Made by a program: the position numbers and the translations under genes. The notes beneath the pieces were generated by a model. It ran no database searches, was not told the origin of the DNA, and saw only the letters and a list, made by a program, of their open reading frames with translations. Positions 56,748-64,000 of a DNA stretch of 64,000 nucleotides are shown piece by piece. Origin of the DNA: Aneurinibacillus sp. (GTDB lineage Bacteria; Bacillota; UBA5301; DYFA01). The stretch lies in contig DYFA01000027.1 of the NCBI GenBank assembly GCA_020725425.1, positions 24,131-88,130 of the forward strand, read 5' to 3'. The number at the start of each line of letters is the position of its first letter. Position 1 is the stretch's first letter.

Positions 56748-57634
56748 TGGGTGGAGTCGCGACACCGGCGAAGGGGACGACCGTCTTCGTCCGCCGGAGC
56801 CTCGTCTCCCTGCACCGGACGCCGGAGCCGGAGGCGGAAGTAGTGACGCAGGCCAGGCTCGGCGAGGTTGGCGGGATTCTGGAGACCGGCGGGACCGGGG
56901 CTGAAGGGTGGGTCTGCCTGGCCATGAGCCATGACGGCTACACCGGCTGGACCAGGACGGAAGGGCTGGCGGAAGGGGTCTGGCCCGCGCCCGGCGCGCC
57001 GGTGGTCGCGGTCCGCCAGTTGTTCGCCAACGTCTACGCTGCACCGAAGGTCCAGGCGCCGTTGCTCCTCACGGTGCCGCTCGGCACACCGCTGCCGGAG
57101 CTCGGGGCCGAGGGCGAGTGGCGGCGGGTCGGACTGCCTGGGAACGGCGAAGGATTTGTCCAGGCCGGTGACGTCTGCCGCGGGGCCGAGGCCTGGGCCT
57201 GGGAGAGCCTGCCCGAGCTGCGGCGGAGCCTGGTGCGCGTAGCGCGCCAACTCCTCGGCCTGCCTTACCGGTGGGGCGGGACGACGCCCTGGGGGCTCGA
57301 CTGCTCCGGGCTGGTGCAACTGGTCTACCGCCTGCACGGCATCCTCCTCCCGCGGGACGCCTGCGAGCAGGCCAGGGACGGGCGGACCGTCGCGGTCAGC
57401 CGGAACGACCTCCAGCCGGGGGACCTCCTCTTCTTTGCCGACCGCAGCCACGTGGGGCTGGCCGTCTCCCACTGGGAGTTCATCCACGCCACCACCCACG
57501 AGACGCCGGTGGTCCAGGTGAGCGCGGTGGACGAGGCTTACTGGGCGGGCCGCCGCGACGAGATCCGGCGGCTTCCTCTCCTTCCCGCTGACCGGCGGCG
57601 GCCCGAAGGCACAGGTGGAGGGACGAGTGCATAG
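56744..57634 (+). CDS. NlpC/P60-family gamma-D-glutamyl-L-diamino-acid endopeptidase with N-terminal SH3-like domains (YkfC-like)
   Basis: NlpC/P60 core YRWGG..P.GLDCSGLVQ...H with catalytic Cys/His. Linked to the ykfB homologue. Confidence 0.75.
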   Translation: MMGGVATPAKGTTVFVRRSLVSLHRTPEPEAEVVTQARLGEVGGILETGGTGAEGWVCLAMSHDGYTGWTRTEGLAEGVWPAPGAPVVAVRQLFANVYAAPKVQAPLLLTVPLGTPLPELGAEGEWRRVGLPGNGEGFVQAGDVCRGAEAWAWESLPELRRSLVRVARQLLGLPYRWGGTTPWGLDCSGLVQLVYRLHGILLPRDACEQARDGRTVAVSRNDLQPGDLLFFADRSHVGLAVSHWEFIHATTHETPVVQVSAVDEAYWAGRRDEIRRLPLLPADRRRPEGTGGGTSA

Positions 57635-57652
57635 GGTGTAGCCAAACGGGAG

Positions 57653-58768
57653 GTGGTCCCTTTGGCTAATCAGCCTCTGGTCCTGCGCCCTGGCGACATC
57701 GCTGTGCCGGTCGGCAACGTGCAGGAGCAACTGAATGTCATCATATATGCGGGCCTGGAGGTCGACAACATCTTCGGCCCGGCCACTGAGGCGGCGGTGC
57801 GGCAGTTCCAACGCCAGGCCGGGCTGCCAGTGACCGGCATCGTGGATGAGCCTACCTGGCGCCGGCTTTTCCTCGGGCGTCCGCTGCCGGCGGAAGTGGT
57901 GGGCGGCGTGGACCCGCCCCAGTTCCCCCAGACCGGCGGGTACAGCGTGGAGATCAACCTGGCCAACCGGACGCTCACTCTCTTCCGCAACGGCACGTGG
58001 CAGGCGACTTATCCGGTGGCGATCGGCAAACCGGCGACCCCTACGCCGGTCGGCAACTTCACCATTTTGAACAAGGCCTGGGAACCGGGAGGGGTCTTCG
58101 GCACCCGGTGGCTCGGGGTGACGGAATCCGGTGTCGGGATCCACGGCACCAACGACCCGGCCTCCATCGGACTCGCCGTCTCGAACGGCTGCATTCGCAT
58201 GTACAACCAGGACGTCGAAGCCATCTTCCCCGTCCTGAACGTCGGCGACCCTGTCCGGATCGTCGCCGGAGCAGTGGCAGGGAATACCTACACCGTGCAG
58301 CCGGGCGACACCCTCTGGCTGATCGCCCAGCGCTTCGGCACCACCGTGGAAGCCCTGCGGCGGGCGAACAACCTGACCACCGACGTGATCTACCCCGGCC
58401 AGGTCCTGTTCATCCCCGGCGCGGCTGCACCCCCGCCTCCTCCGCCGCCTGGGCCGCCGCCTGCGCCGCTCCCCGGCACGATGACCTACACCGTCCAGCC
58501 CGGCGACACGCTCTTCCTGATCGCCCAGCAGTTCAACACCACCTTAGAAGAGCTGCGTCGGCTGAACAACATCCAGGGCGACCTGATCTACCCCGGCCAG
58601 ACGCTGCTCGTTCCCACGGCCGGAATTCCGCAGACCTACACCGTGCAGCCCGGGGATACGCTGTACTTCATCGCCCAGCGGTTCGGCACGACGGTGGCGG
58701 AGTTGCGCCGGCTGAACAACCTGACGAGCGACATCATTTACCCGGGGCAGGTGTTGCGGGTGCGGTAG
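57653..58768 (+). CDS. L,D-transpeptidase (YkuD) with PG-binding domain and three LysM repeats
   Basis: PG_binding_1 (PATEAAVRQFQRQAGLPVTGIVD). YkuD catalytic HGT...SNGCIRM. 3x LysM (YTVQPGDTL..IAQRF.TTV.EL...NNL). Confidence 0.85.
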   Translation: MVPLANQPLVLRPGDIAVPVGNVQEQLNVIIYAGLEVDNIFGPATEAAVRQFQRQAGLPVTGIVDEPTWRRLFLGRPLPAEVVGGVDPPQFPQTGGYSVEINLANRTLTLFRNGTWQATYPVAIGKPATPTPVGNFTILNKAWEPGGVFGTRWLGVTESGVGIHGTNDPASIGLAVSNGCIRMYNQDVEAIFPVLNVGDPVRIVAGAVAGNTYTVQPGDTLWLIAQRFGTTVEALRRANNLTTDVIYPGQVLFIPGAAAPPPPPPPGPPPAPLPGTMTYTVQPGDTLFLIAQQFNTTLEELRRLNNIQGDLIYPGQTLLVPTAGIPQTYTVQPGDTLYFIAQRFGTTVAELRRLNNLTSDIIYPGQVLRVR

Positions 58769-58796
58769 CGGCTTCGGCCGGCGTCCGCACCGCCTA

Positions 58797-58834
58797 GACA
58801 AAGGGTGCGGACCGGTCGATCCGCACCCTTTGTC
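58797..58834. terminator. Bidirectional terminator hairpin between convergent genes
   Basis: Perfect 14-bp palindrome GACAAAGGGTGCGG-accggtcgat-CCGCACCCTTTGTC followed by TTCCTT. Confidence 0.55.
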
Positions 58835-58867
58835 TTCCTTAGTCGAGGTTTCAGTCGGTCGCCTCTG

Positions 58868-59158
58868 CTAATACCGGCTCCGCGGCTGGAAACAGTCGCT
58901 GCAGTAGACCGGCTTGCCGGCGGTCGGCTGGAACGGCACTACCGCCGCACCCCCGCAGCGGGCGCAGACGGCTTCGTACATCTGCCGCTCCCCGCCGCGG
59001 CCATGGGAATTGCGGTTCTGCTTCCGGGCCGCCCGGCACTCGGGGCACCGCGACGGTTCGTTTGTGAACCCCTTGGCCGCAAAGAATTCCTGCTCCCCCG
59101 CGGTGAACGTGAATTCCTGCTGGCAATCGCGACAGACCAGCGTTTTGTCGGCGTACAT
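58868..59158 (-). CDS. Tandem zinc-ribbon (2x CxxC...CxxC) small protein
   Basis: Two repeats of C..C..F.F...EQ.F...GF...P..C..C (CRDC...CPEC; CARC...CSDC). Confidence 0.6.
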   Translation of the reverse strand: MYADKTLVCRDCQQEFTFTAGEQEFFAAKGFTNEPSRCPECRAARKQNRNSHGRGGERQMYEAVCARCGGAAVVPFQPTAGKPVYCSDCFQPRSRY

Positions 59159-59407
59159 TCAGACCACATCTCCTCTTCTGCCCAGTGGGCGATTTCGTCT
59201 CCGATTGGCTGGGCTTGGAGCGAGATGTCGGCCTCGGACGAACCTCCGCTTTGGTCACGAACCGCACCCATTGATCGTCAGACAACTCATTTTACCACGC
59301 TTTGTCTTGAGTTTCAAACGGCTCTTGCCGGGGTATCCTGCGGGGGGGCAGGAAATCGGCCCCGGAAGAACAAATGGGAGAGATGTTCTACCGGTGGAGG
59401 GATAGGT

Positions 59408-60382
59408 ATGAACGATCGCGAGTCTTCTCGTTCCGTGGCCGCCGCATTAACCCTGATCCTTGCCGTGTTCCCCCCCCTGGCGTGGTCTTGCGCGAGTCAG
59501 GCCGGCGGGTTGACCGTCTTCCGCGAATCGCCCGCGGACTCCGGTGCCATCAACCCGGGCGACTTCAAGCAGTTGGGCGATGCCCTGCAGGGCAAGATCA
59601 AAGTGGTGGACATCGTCAACTTCGGGCGGTTGCGCTTCTTGAGCTGGCCGGCCCGGCGCCGCCTCTCCTACGCCGCGCTCGACCGCTTCCCCGACTTCAT
59701 CCCGGTGCGCCCCCCAGCCGCGCTCGAGGGATATGAGGCGCCGGTGGTCGAGCGGGTGGCGCCGCTCAAGGTCCAGTTCGCGCTGAGAGTCAAGTCCCTG
59801 AACAAGATGCTGGAGTCGCTCGGGAGCGCCGAGCGGCTTCCGGCCGGGTTGGAGGGGCGGACCTTTACCCTTTCCACCGCCCCTGAACTCCGCCTCCGGT
59901 ACCGCTCGAAGGACCTGAAACGCCGTGGCGACCTGGTGCTCTCCGAGACGCAGGCCCCTCTTTTGGAGGTGCCGGCGGGGGTAGACCTGAACCAGCTCCG
60001 CGCCGCCCTCCTGGCCTTACCCCTGTGGCCTGAACCGATCCGTCGCCAGTTCGCCGCGCTGCCGGTCGGCGCCGACGGCCAGGTCGCCGGCGCCCTGGCG
60101 CTTGACCCGCTAGGAGGGGGCGAGGCTGAGCGGGTCGAGGTCAACGGTAACCCGGGCATCTTTCTTTTCCTCCCCTCCGAGTTCGAGCAACGGCTCTCCC
60201 CCCAGGCGCTCGAACTGCGCCGACAGGCGGGCCGCCAGGCCGAGGAGAGCGGCGACCCGTGGGTCGAGCATCACCGGCATGGCAACACCCTCCTGTGGCG
60301 CCAGAAAGGGCTCCTGCTCTCCCTGACAGGCGAGGGGCTCACCCTCGCCCAGGCCAAGGCGATCGCGGAGCTGATGCGATGA
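59408..60382 (+). CDS. Lipoprotein/secreted protein of unknown function, first gene of an ABC-2 operon
   Basis: ATG after GGAGGGATAGGT. Signal peptide ending LAWSCAS (lipobox-like). ATGA-coupled to the ABC ATPase. Confidence 0.5.
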   Translation: MNDRESSRSVAAALTLILAVFPPLAWSCASQAGGLTVFRESPADSGAINPGDFKQLGDALQGKIKVVDIVNFGRLRFLSWPARRRLSYAALDRFPDFIPVRPPAALEGYEAPVVERVAPLKVQFALRVKSLNKMLESLGSAERLPAGLEGRTFTLSTAPELRLRYRSKDLKRRGDLVLSETQAPLLEVPAGVDLNQLRAALLALPLWPEPIRRQFAALPVGADGQVAGALALDPLGGGEAERVEVNGNPGIFLFLPSEFEQRLSPQALELRRQAGRQAEESGDPWVEHHRHGNTLLWRQKGLLLSLTGEGLTLAQAKAIAELMR

Positions 60383-61311
60383 TCGCGGTCGAGACGCAGG
60401 TTCTGACTAAGCTCTACCGGAACGGGGGCGGGTGCCGGGAGGTCACCCTCTCCCTCGAAGCAGGGCGGATCTTCGGCTTGCTGGGGCCCAACGGGGCCGG
60501 GAAGAGCACCCTCGTCAAGACGCTGGTCGGCTTGGTGCGGCCCACCTCCGGAGCGGGCCGCCTCTTCGGCCACCCTCTGCGCAGCCCTGAAGCCCAGCGC
60601 TCCTTCGGCTTCCTTCCTGAACTCTTCCGCTATCAGGACTGGATGACCGGCCGGGAACTGCTCGATTTCCACGGCCACCTCCGCCGGGTTCCCCCGCGCG
60701 ACCTCCGGCGCCGCCGCGAGGAGGTCCTGGCACTGGTGGGCCTCATCGGGCGCGAGAACCAGCGTCTTGGCAGCTATAGCAAGGGGATGCAGCAGCGCCT
60801 CGGGCTCGCCGTGGCCCTCATCGGCGACCCGCCCCTCCTCTTTCTCGACGAGCCCACCTCCGCCCTTGACCCAGTGGGGCGGCGGGAGGTGCGGGAAGTG
60901 ATCCGGAACCTTCGGGCGGCGGGGAAGACAGTCTTCCTGAACAGCCACCTGTTGAGCGAGGTCGAGCTTGTCTGTGACCGGGTAGCGGTGATCCACCAGG
61001 GGAGGATGCTGGCGGAAGGTCCTCCCCAGGCGCTGCGGAAGCGGGAGGTCGAAGTCGAGCTGGTGGCCGACCAGTACCCGGAGGCGCTCCTGAGTGGCCT
61101 GCGTCGGCTGGCCCGCCAGGTGGAGCGGACGGACCAGGGCCTCCGCCTGGTCCTGAGCGAGCGGGCCGACATCCCGGAAGTGGCCCGGCTGGCAGTCGGC
61201 GAGGGGGTTTCGGTGTACGCCCTGACCCCCCGCCCGCCGGCCCTGGAAGACGTCTTCCTCGAACTGGTGAAAGGGGGTGGGGCGGACAATGGGGGCGATC
61301 TTTCAGATTAG
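60379..61311 (+). CDS. ABC transporter ATP-binding protein (ABC-2 type)
   Basis: Walker A GPNGAGKST, signature YSKGMQQRLGLAVAL, Walker B LFLDEPTSALD. Confidence 0.85.
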   Translation: MIAVETQVLTKLYRNGGGCREVTLSLEAGRIFGLLGPNGAGKSTLVKTLVGLVRPTSGAGRLFGHPLRSPEAQRSFGFLPELFRYQDWMTGRELLDFHGHLRRVPPRDLRRRREEVLALVGLIGRENQRLGSYSKGMQQRLGLAVALIGDPPLLFLDEPTSALDPVGRREVREVIRNLRAAGKTVFLNSHLLSEVELVCDRVAVIHQGRMLAEGPPQALRKREVEVELVADQYPEALLSGLRRLARQVERTDQGLRLVLSERADIPEVARLAVGEGVSVYALTPRPPALEDVFLELVKGGGADNGGDLSD

Positions 61312-62122
61312 CCTGAAGGAGATGGTGCGGAGGCGGACCTTGGCCATCACTCTCGGCATGACCCTCTTGTATCTCGTGGCTTATACCCTGACCCTGCGCT
61401 ACGCGGCGGCCGCGGTAGCCCGTACCACCAACCCCCTGATGCGGGCGGTGCTGGTCCCGCAGATCGCCACGGCCGGCCTCTACTTCGCCGAACAGATCCT
61501 GGCCTTTTTCGCCATCGCCTCGACCATGGGGGCGCTCGCCGGCGAGCGGGAGAGCGGAGTGATGCAGGTGATCGCCACCGCGCCGGTGAGGCGCGGCGAG
61601 ATTGTGCTGGGGAAACTCCTTGGGTACTGGACCGTACTGGCCGCCTACGCCGTCGCCCTCTGCCTCGGGGTCTTCGCCCTTCTCCGCACCCAGACCGGTT
61701 TTGCGCTGGCGAACCTCTGGCCGACGCTGGCCGTCTTCACCCTCCAGCCGCTCCTCCTCGCCGCCCTGACGATGCTCGGCTCGGCCGTGCTCCCCACGAT
61801 CCCTAACGCCGTCGTGATGTTCAGCCTGTACGCCATAAGCCTCCTGGGCGGGGTATTGGAGCAGATCGCCGGCTTCACCCGCTCGGCCACCCTGAGCGCC
61901 ATCGGTATCGTCACAAGCCTCCTAATTCCGGCGGACTCGCTTTACCGGAAATCGGTCAGCCTCGCCTTGGCCGTCCGGGACAATCCACTCGCCGGCCTCG
62001 TGATGATCGGCCCCTTCGGCGCCCAGGCTCCGCCCAGCATCTGGATGCTGGTCTACGTCGGTTTCTACCTTGCGGCCTGCGTCTTCCTGACGGTATGGCT
62101 CTTCTCCCGGCAGGATCTGTAA
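61289..62122 (+). CDS. ABC-2 family permease
   Basis: 6-TM ABC-2-like membrane protein. ATG at 61289 after an AAAGGGGGTGGGG ribosome-binding site. Confidence 0.6.
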   Translation: MGAIFQISLKEMVRRRTLAITLGMTLLYLVAYTLTLRYAAAAVARTTNPLMRAVLVPQIATAGLYFAEQILAFFAIASTMGALAGERESGVMQVIATAPVRRGEIVLGKLLGYWTVLAAYAVALCLGVFALLRTQTGFALANLWPTLAVFTLQPLLLAALTMLGSAVLPTIPNAVVMFSLYAISLLGGVLEQIAGFTRSATLSAIGIVTSLLIPADSLYRKSVSLALAVRDNPLAGLVMIGPFGAQAPPSIWMLVYVGFYLAACVFLTVWLFSRQDL

Positions 62123-62249
62123 AGGACCAGTCGTAGATCCATTTGGCGTCCTCCTCGGCCAGGCGCAGGCAGCCGTGGGACGCCGGGGTGCCGAGCTTGG
62201 CCGCCTCGGTACGAAAACAAAGGGAAGTCCTGCCTCGCCTGGGAAGGGG

Positions 62250-63095
62250 TCAGATTTCCGCCGGGGGAGCGTGAAGGGCCTGACGTTCGAGGTAGAGGCG
62301 GAGGGTGTCGCCGCGCAGGCCGCGCCGCAGCGCCTCCACTGCCAGGACCTCCCGGGGCGGAATGTTGCCGAGGTTCACTTCCGGCCCGAAGCGGGCGATC
62401 ATGCACTCCTGCTGGTTCTTCAGCGGTGTCTCCCAGATCAGGGCGTTCGGGTCAGGCAGGCCGGCCAGGAGGTCGTCCACCTCCACCACCTTGACGGCCC
62501 CACTGGCGTCGTAGACCCCGACGCCTTTCCCGGACTCCCGCCCTTCCACGATTACGTGGGAGACGCCTTCGTCCAGGTCCCGGCGGATTTGGTCGCGGAG
62601 GAAAGCCAGGGGCGGCTGGGAGGCGGTGTCCTTCTTCCCCACCTCGCTGATTACCGTGAGGCCGGCGCTCAGCCCTACCCGGACGGCCCGGGCCCGCTCG
62701 GCGGGTGAAAGGGGGATGGTGCCGTCAGAGACCTCGAGGGCGGTGAAGCCGAGTTCGCAGGCGTGCTCGACAAACCGTTCGAGTCTTCCCTGCAGGAGCG
62801 CCACCTCCAGAAGAGTGCCTCCGGGGTAGACGCCGGTCCGGTAGGCGCGGATCAACTCGATCTTCTTCGCCAGCAGCGACTGGTCGTACAGGGCCGAGGT
62901 GCCGAAGGCCAGCTTGACATAGTCGATGTAGTCCCCTGCCAGCTCGAGCAGGTCCCGGGTTTCGCTCAACCCCAGCCCCTTGTCGATGATGACCGTGAGG
63001 CCGCATAGCCGCGGCTTGGTGGAGCGGCCGGGGAAGGGATCGGCGATGATTCCCTCCCACGCCCGCGCACGGTTCTCCCCTGGCAGGTTCGACAC
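62250..63095 (-). CDS. (2R)-phospho-3-sulfolactate synthase (ComA/YitD) family protein
   Basis: TIM-barrel family pattern KPR..GLTVIIDKGLG......LELAGDYIDYVKLAFGTS...K. Confidence 0.6.
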   Translation of the reverse strand: MSNLPGENRARAWEGIIADPFPGRSTKPRLCGLTVIIDKGLGLSETRDLLELAGDYIDYVKLAFGTSALYDQSLLAKKIELIRAYRTGVYPGGTLLEVALLQGRLERFVEHACELGFTALEVSDGTIPLSPAERARAVRVGLSAGLTVISEVGKKDTASQPPLAFLRDQIRRDLDEGVSHVIVEGRESGKGVGVYDASGAVKVVEVDDLLAGLPDPNALIWETPLKNQQECMIARFGPEVNLGNIPPREVLAVEALRRGLRGDTLRLYLERQALHAPPAEI

Positions 63096-63244
63096 GGATA
63101 TCCCTCCGGCGATAGGTTATGCGGCGGCTGGGGTGTGTGACTTTGTCTTCAGAGTTTCTTCAGAATCCCCGGGTAAAATCAGAAGTGAAGGCGGCCAGAC
63201 CGCGGTTGGACCGCCGGAAAAGGAAGTTTGAGGAGGGTCAGAGA

Positions 63245-63670
63245 ATGAAAAAGCTGATTGCTGGCGGGTTGTTGGCGCTGTTGCTTCTGGGGATGATCGG
63301 CGGGTCGGCGCTGGCGGCGGATAACACCCCGACGACGGCGGCCCCCTGGACTGCTCCCTGGGCGAACCTGACCGACAAGCAGAAGGCGGAGCTGGCTGAG
63401 TTGCAGAAGCAGATGCTTTCCGTCCGGGAGAAGCTGATCGACAAGTACGTCGAGTACAAGTGGATCACTCCCCAGCAGGGTCAGTACCTGAAGGACCGGA
63501 TCGCCCTGCAGAAGAAGTATGCGGGCGAATTCGGCTGGGGCCCGGGCTTCGGAATGCGGGGCGGCCGAGGCGGCCGGGGCTTCGGGGCGCGTGGCTTCGG
63601 CGCCGGGATGATGGGCGGTTATCGCCGGGGCTTCGCTCCGGGGTACAACCCGGCCACGGCCACCACCTGA
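63245..63670 (+). CDS. YckD-like (DUF2680-type) small secreted protein with Gly/Arg-rich tail
   Basis: Signal peptide. LTDKQKAELAELQKQMLSVREKLIDKYVEYKWITPQQGQYLKDRI resembles the YckD repeat. C-terminal GRGGRGFGARGFG tail. Confidence 0.5.
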   Translation: MKKLIAGGLLALLLLGMIGGSALAADNTPTTAAPWTAPWANLTDKQKAELAELQKQMLSVREKLIDKYVEYKWITPQQGQYLKDRIALQKKYAGEFGWGPGFGMRGGRGGRGFGARGFGAGMMGGYRRGFAPGYNPATATT

Positions 63671-63801
63671 CTTGCGCGGGGCCCGGGTTTCCGGGAGCCG
63701 GTCTGCGGCGACGGGGAGAACCCGGCGCCGGCGGGGACAGCCGGGTTGGTCGGCTGTCCCCTCTTATTCAGTACGGCCGCGCAGTGAGGAGGAGCAGGCG
63801 A

Positions 63802-64000
63802 CATGGCTTCAGCAGGACGCATCCTCGTGGTCGACGACGAACCGCAGATTCGCCGGGTGGTGGCGGCGTACCTGGAGCGGGAAGGGTATGAAGTGGAGAC
63901 CGCGGCCGGCGGTGAGGAGGCGCTGCGGAAGATCGGACAGTTGCGCCCCGACCTCGTTGTGCTCGACCTCATGCTGCCCGGGCTGAGCGGGGAAGCCGTC
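63802..64000 (+). CDS. Response regulator receiver domain (truncated by window end)
   Basis: [20 protein letters not shown]...[17 protein letters not shown] after a GGAGGAG ribosome-binding site. No stop codon within the window. Confidence 0.8.

Noticed and set aside
1-64000. rRNA, tRNA, CRISPR arrays, IS elements/transposases, integrases
   Set aside because: No T-loop/anticodon-arm tRNA candidates in intergenic regions, no spaced direct-repeat arrays, and no transposase/integrase-like ORFs recognised.

Overview
This is a 64 kb, very GC-rich (roughly 68-70%) bacterial chromosomal segment with dense coding on both strands. Gene content and order look like a thermophilic, Firmicutes-like organism with a diderm-type envelope: there is a secretin, an outer-membrane-barrel-like protein ending in Phe, and a CsgG-like remnant. 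This taxonomic guess is inference only. The recognisable blocks, in order, are described below.

- **Secretin cluster (624-5808):** three signal-peptide proteins of unknown function followed by a standalone secretin.
- **Housekeeping and envelope genes (5906-10764):** nadE, an EamA transporter, an orphan cheW, an Hsp20 gene, and a disrupted CsgG-like gene.
- **Two-component module (10813-16749):** a NarL-family histidine kinase and response regulator, a divergent frameshifted exported protein, and a MacB/FtsX-type ABC pair.
- **Mixed genes (16715-22164):** a glycerophosphodiester phosphodiesterase, nth, an epimerase, a PHP phosphoesterase, and an MsbA-like ABC exporter.
- **Ech hydrogenase (22216-27366):** a complete six-gene Ech-type (group 4) [NiFe] energy-converting hydrogenase operon, echABCDEF, with intact NiFe-binding motifs.
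- **Transport and lipid genes (27398-32985):** EamA, DegV, a geranylgeranyl-reductase-family flavoprotein, and an NRAMP transporter. The NRAMP gene is preceded by a soluble MgtE-N/CBS protein whose long leader ends in a terminator.
- **Tryptophan operon (33290-40839):** a full trp operon in which trpE is fused in-frame to a class I-beta DAHP synthase. Its leader carries a consensus sigma-A promoter, a run of GAG triplets, and an intrinsic terminator.
- **Envelope/exopolymer-like locus (40863-47860):** a PIG-L deacetylase, a tandem P-loop NTPase, a periplasmic-binding-protein/CapA fusion, and a CwlD-like amidase.
- **Mixed genes (47927-52043):** a 3-methyladenine glycosylase, an MthK-like K+ channel, and two paralogous secreted proteins, one fused to a TolB-like propeller.
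- **Homocysteine cluster (52033-54707):** a methanogen-type sulfide-dependent homocysteine biosynthesis cluster (COG2122, NIL-ferredoxin, COG1900/DUF39) behind a clear SAM-I riboswitch and promoter.
- **Murein recycling and the 3' end (54826-64000):** murein-peptide recycling genes (beta-lactamase-like, YkfB epimerase, NlpC/P60), an L,D-transpeptidase with LysM domains, a lipoprotein/ABC-2 module, a phosphosulfolactate-synthase-like gene, a YckD-like protein, and a truncated response regulator at the window end.

No rRNA, tRNA, CRISPR array or clear mobile element was seen. Many long ORFs in the supplied track are GC-driven antisense artefacts and were discarded.

The best candidate for an undescribed system is the secretin-terminated cluster at 624-5808. 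The trp-leader GAG array, the DAHP-synthase-TrpE fusion and the NRAMP-operon leader element are also worth checking.
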